Source: Alloascoidea hylecoeti
Lineage: Eukaryota
Length of the DNA stretch: 64,000 nt
Assembly: GCA_001600815.1 (NCBI GenBank)
Contig: BCKZ01000002.1
Coordinates: forward strand, 124,001-188,000
Direction of reading: 5' to 3'
The notes beneath the pieces are model-generated. The model was not told the origin of the DNA and ran no database searches. It saw only the letters and a list, made by a program, of their open reading frames with translations. The translations under genes were made by a program, and so were the position numbers. Positions 60,293 to 64,000 of this stretch are shown piece after piece. Every line of letters starts with the position of its first letter. Positions within the stretch are counted from its first letter, which is position 1.

Positions 60293-63200
60293 CAATAATA
60301 ACTGAAATTTCTGGATCTGAAACACCTTAGATTCGTAATAATATATATCAATTCTGAAATTGTCATTGTGTGACATTGACATCCTGATCTTATGAAATCT
60401 ATACTTTTCAAGTTTAAATTTCACCTTTAATTATAATTAAAATATTTCGCCCATATCGATCTTAGTTTCCTTTTCTGAAAGATAACGATAAGAATTTTTT
60501 CGTTATATTCTCCCTTAATATCACAATTGATTCTATAAAATATATTAACTTTTAAACCTATTCATTACCATTATTGAAAAAAAAAAAAGTGTAGGTTATA
60601 TGCAGTACAAATCTATAGCCAGATCTAGATCTGATGCTTAATATTTGTCGATTGCTCTCAAAAAACATCAAAAAAGAGAAACTATTAATGATATCGATGA
60701 AACTTATGTAGCCACAAGCTCTGTTGAGGCTTGCCCTCCGGGAATTCATGTTGCAATTAATATTATTGGGCCCATGGGCATGTCTACCTATAGTTCTAAC
60801 ATTATCTAACTTGTAACCACAGTTTTAATGTGATTATGCTTCCCAAATCTAATATGTTGCTGAAAATTAGATATATGATCGCAGGAATTCCCCCTCTCTT
60901 TAACATTTAACTCTTTGTAAGCCTAAAATCAAAATTGTGTAGCGTTAGCTACTATTTAATCTAGAATAGCGTTGAATGAGCGTAGCTAAAACTTTGTCCC
61001 TATATTTCTGTTACACAAACTGGTTTAGAAGGACCGTAAAATAGTCTAATTAGATCCAATATTGTTGCTCGGTAATTGTAGTGTGTATCAGTTCAGTAGT
61101 GTATACAACTTCAATTTCGCCTAAGATTTTAATGAATTTCTTTTCAGGTCCTATTTATACATATACACATTGTTAAAAAATTAAACTTGTTTCTAGTGAA
61201 ATCATGAGTTATAAGTTTAAATATAAGGAGAAAAAATCTTAAGAAAACTAAATATAGAATATAATTATGTAAGACAACACTACACCCTTTTTTTCTTCCC
61301 AAACGTCAAACCCTACTTAATTTTACCGTTAGATTCCTCAAATCTACACTAATAATATGTCCAATTTTTTCAATATTTTTTGGATCGATCTTGGTTTTCT
61401 ATTTTACAGTTTTCTCACCTATAATTATAAGGTTTATATATTGTTATATGCATATGCATATGCATCTACATATTCCGGGAAATTAACAAGAGATATGCAT
61501 GTAATTGACCAAAATTCAGGAAAGTGATTGATGAATTAATAGGGAATTAATTATATTCGCGATTATAATATAATAAGTCAATAATTCAGAAATTTCTTAG
61601 AATATTTCAAGATCAGTCATTCTTCAAAGCAATATGTAGCGGTTAATTAACGTAATAATTGACCAATTTGTCAGGGAATTAATTAGCGGTTCACCTTAAA
61701 TTATCAAACGATTAGTCTCAGAATTATTCAGCGCTTAATTTTAGAATTTATTACTAATTTTTCTAGAACTTTGTTACCTATTATATGTTTCTAGGAATTA
61801 TTCTTTGTGTGACATCACTAACGTTAACATATAAAAATAACTGAGAATCCTCATATGCATATGCATGCACTCCAAAATAATTAATATATTGTTTTATATA
61901 GGCAACAGTTCAGGCAAAACAGGTATGTCTGAGAGAAGATTGATTCAAAGGCTGTTAAGAGTATTGCCAAGAATTCTACAATTACTCTATAACTATATAT
62001 AAGCCGGTGCTTTTGAAAGGTGTATACGTAAATAATATCCTATAAAGTTTTCATAAGCGTGTATTGTGCAATGAGCCATAATATGAAGCTGTTAAATTTA
62101 ATAATTGAACAGCTGCAGTGATTTTGTTATCAACTTATCATATATATATATATATCAATTATAATTTATAACTTTGAAAAATAAATATTAATCATAGTAT
62201 TATATAATTTATATTATTAAGGCAATTGTAAATTTGTAATGAGTGCGGAATCTGCGGATTATTTACTATGCATATGCATCCATACATATGATCATGATCA
62301 CGCCGCTTTAATAACCTTAACCCTTATATGATCATGAGTACTCTAGATGACTCAAGTATCAGGTATAGTGTATTTAAGAGTCAAGCTTATAATTATAATA
62401 CAGTGATAATTAAGGATTATTCCGGTTCTTTGGCCATGATTTGTGAAACCTCGATTATGATCACATGTACAAGATGATGTGCAGCTGAGAAGTCCCCGGA
62501 TTAATTTAATGGGTCAGGTACAAAATCTACAGAATGTAAAAATGAATAATAATACTAATAACCTTTAATTGAAAAACATCATTAAATATTTAAAAGGATA
62601 TATCATACATGTAATTAATTATCTATAAGAAAAAAACTTTGAATGCCTCCCCAAAAGGAGTATACGTAAGTTATACCTCACATGCATACTAGTACTACTC
62701 CTTCAAATTAGTTTCCTGTATCACCTAAACGTATTGCAATTGATTGCAATTGATTACAATTTTTTCACTTGATTTCATAGCACGATTCTTGATGGTAGAA
62801 AATCTAGAACGAATTTCCTTTCTCGATCGGGAATCATTTTTGGCGATTTAAAGAGAACTATCCTGCTGGTATAAGTACCATATAAGACCTTATAAGCCTT
62901 ATATAACACACGGTCCCCTGATTCCCAATACTGTGAAAGCACTGTTTTTTCTTAAAAGTTAACATTTATACTCATATTTCTATTTGAAACACCTTGAAGA
63001 TTGTCATGTACATAATCAAACCGGTACCGAATATGTTGGTGTATTTAAATTTCCAGACAATTAATATACCAAACATTGGATATACCCCAATCGCAATATA
63101 ACTAGAAAGTTCTAAGATTCCTTTTCGCTTCTGAACTACCATTCCGTTTATAAATTTAATAAATGAAAATTTTTCCCTTGGCCCAAATCATCTCCTTTTC

Positions 63201-64000
63201 TAACATACTCTTATATTTTATTATCATGTTTTACATAATACTATCATCAAAACAAACCTCTAATAGAGATTATTCTAATAATAGGAATGCCCTCATTTCT
63301 CATCCAAATAAAGGAACTTATAAAGCAGCCTTTTATTTGGATTCTTCTAACCAATAATTTGAACAATGAAGAAGAAGCGCGACTAAGAATCATTCAAAAC
63401 TTTAGTCTAACCACACTAAATCAAGACATTTGGAGTTCCTCATTCCAAAAGAGTTGGATTTGTTTAATTTTAAAGATTTTTCATAGTTTTAATTTATCTT
63501 TAATATATTTTTTCATTCAAATTCAAATTCATATAAATCAGTTAATAAATTTAAAGCAGCTCTAAAAGTGTACCGGTATACTATTAGTCAAAGGTCTGGG
63601 ATTACAATTATAATTCTTTCGGCTTTCTGAATCAGATATTTACAATTGGAAAGATTTATAGATTATTACCAGCTGTGGCTGTATACGTAGTTGAATTGGT
63701 GGAATTAACAAGTTATAAGATCGTTAACACTCAATCCCCATCTAGAAATGTTTATCATTCTATAATCATTAATATTATTCACAATGATTGAGTGTTAACG
63801 ACCTTTATAACAGCAACACATTGCTATTTTTAATCTATACGTATACTGCCAAAAAATATAACATGAAAATCATGGTAATACAACTTGCACTAAGCTTGAT
63901 ATTTCAAATTTGAACTCTAAAATGGTTAATGTATTATTATACATATGTATATGCCTTAATAACTTACATGTATAGCTATATAATATTTATACTATTTTGA

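Overview
AT-rich, gene-dense, intron-rich budding-yeast (Saccharomycotina-like) chromosomal segment. It uses the standard code: CTG sits at conserved Leu positions in Hsp90, Vma11 and Gcv2. After splicing by eye (GT..AG introns with CTAAY-type branch points) I find 22 protein genes, in order: MRPL24 (cut by the window edge), GYP5, GAL4, SGS1, GCV2, TEF1, MRPS17, LYS14-like, VMA11, RTP1, a WW protein, HSP90, a TRFH-like/C2H2 protein, IQG1, histones H4 and H3, PEP7, AKR1, SHE4, YNG2, a PRRC2-like protein and PTC7. There is also one tRNA-Gly(TCC). The left two-thirds matches the ancestral block that became S. cerevisiae YMR185-193 / YPL234-249. The most interesting observations are: (1) a full-length Gal4 with a UASg-like site in its own promoter, and a perfect CGG-N11-CCG site bracketed by inverted TGACTCGGTG in the GCV2 promoter; (2) a Tbf1/Taz1-like TRFH-domain protein that seems to carry a C2H2 finger instead of a Myb domain; (3) a PTC7 first intron holding an in-frame ATG; (4) a start codon split by an intron in VMA11; (5) a MITE-like inverted repeat and possible retroelement relics. 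All homology calls come from remembered family motifs. No searches were run.
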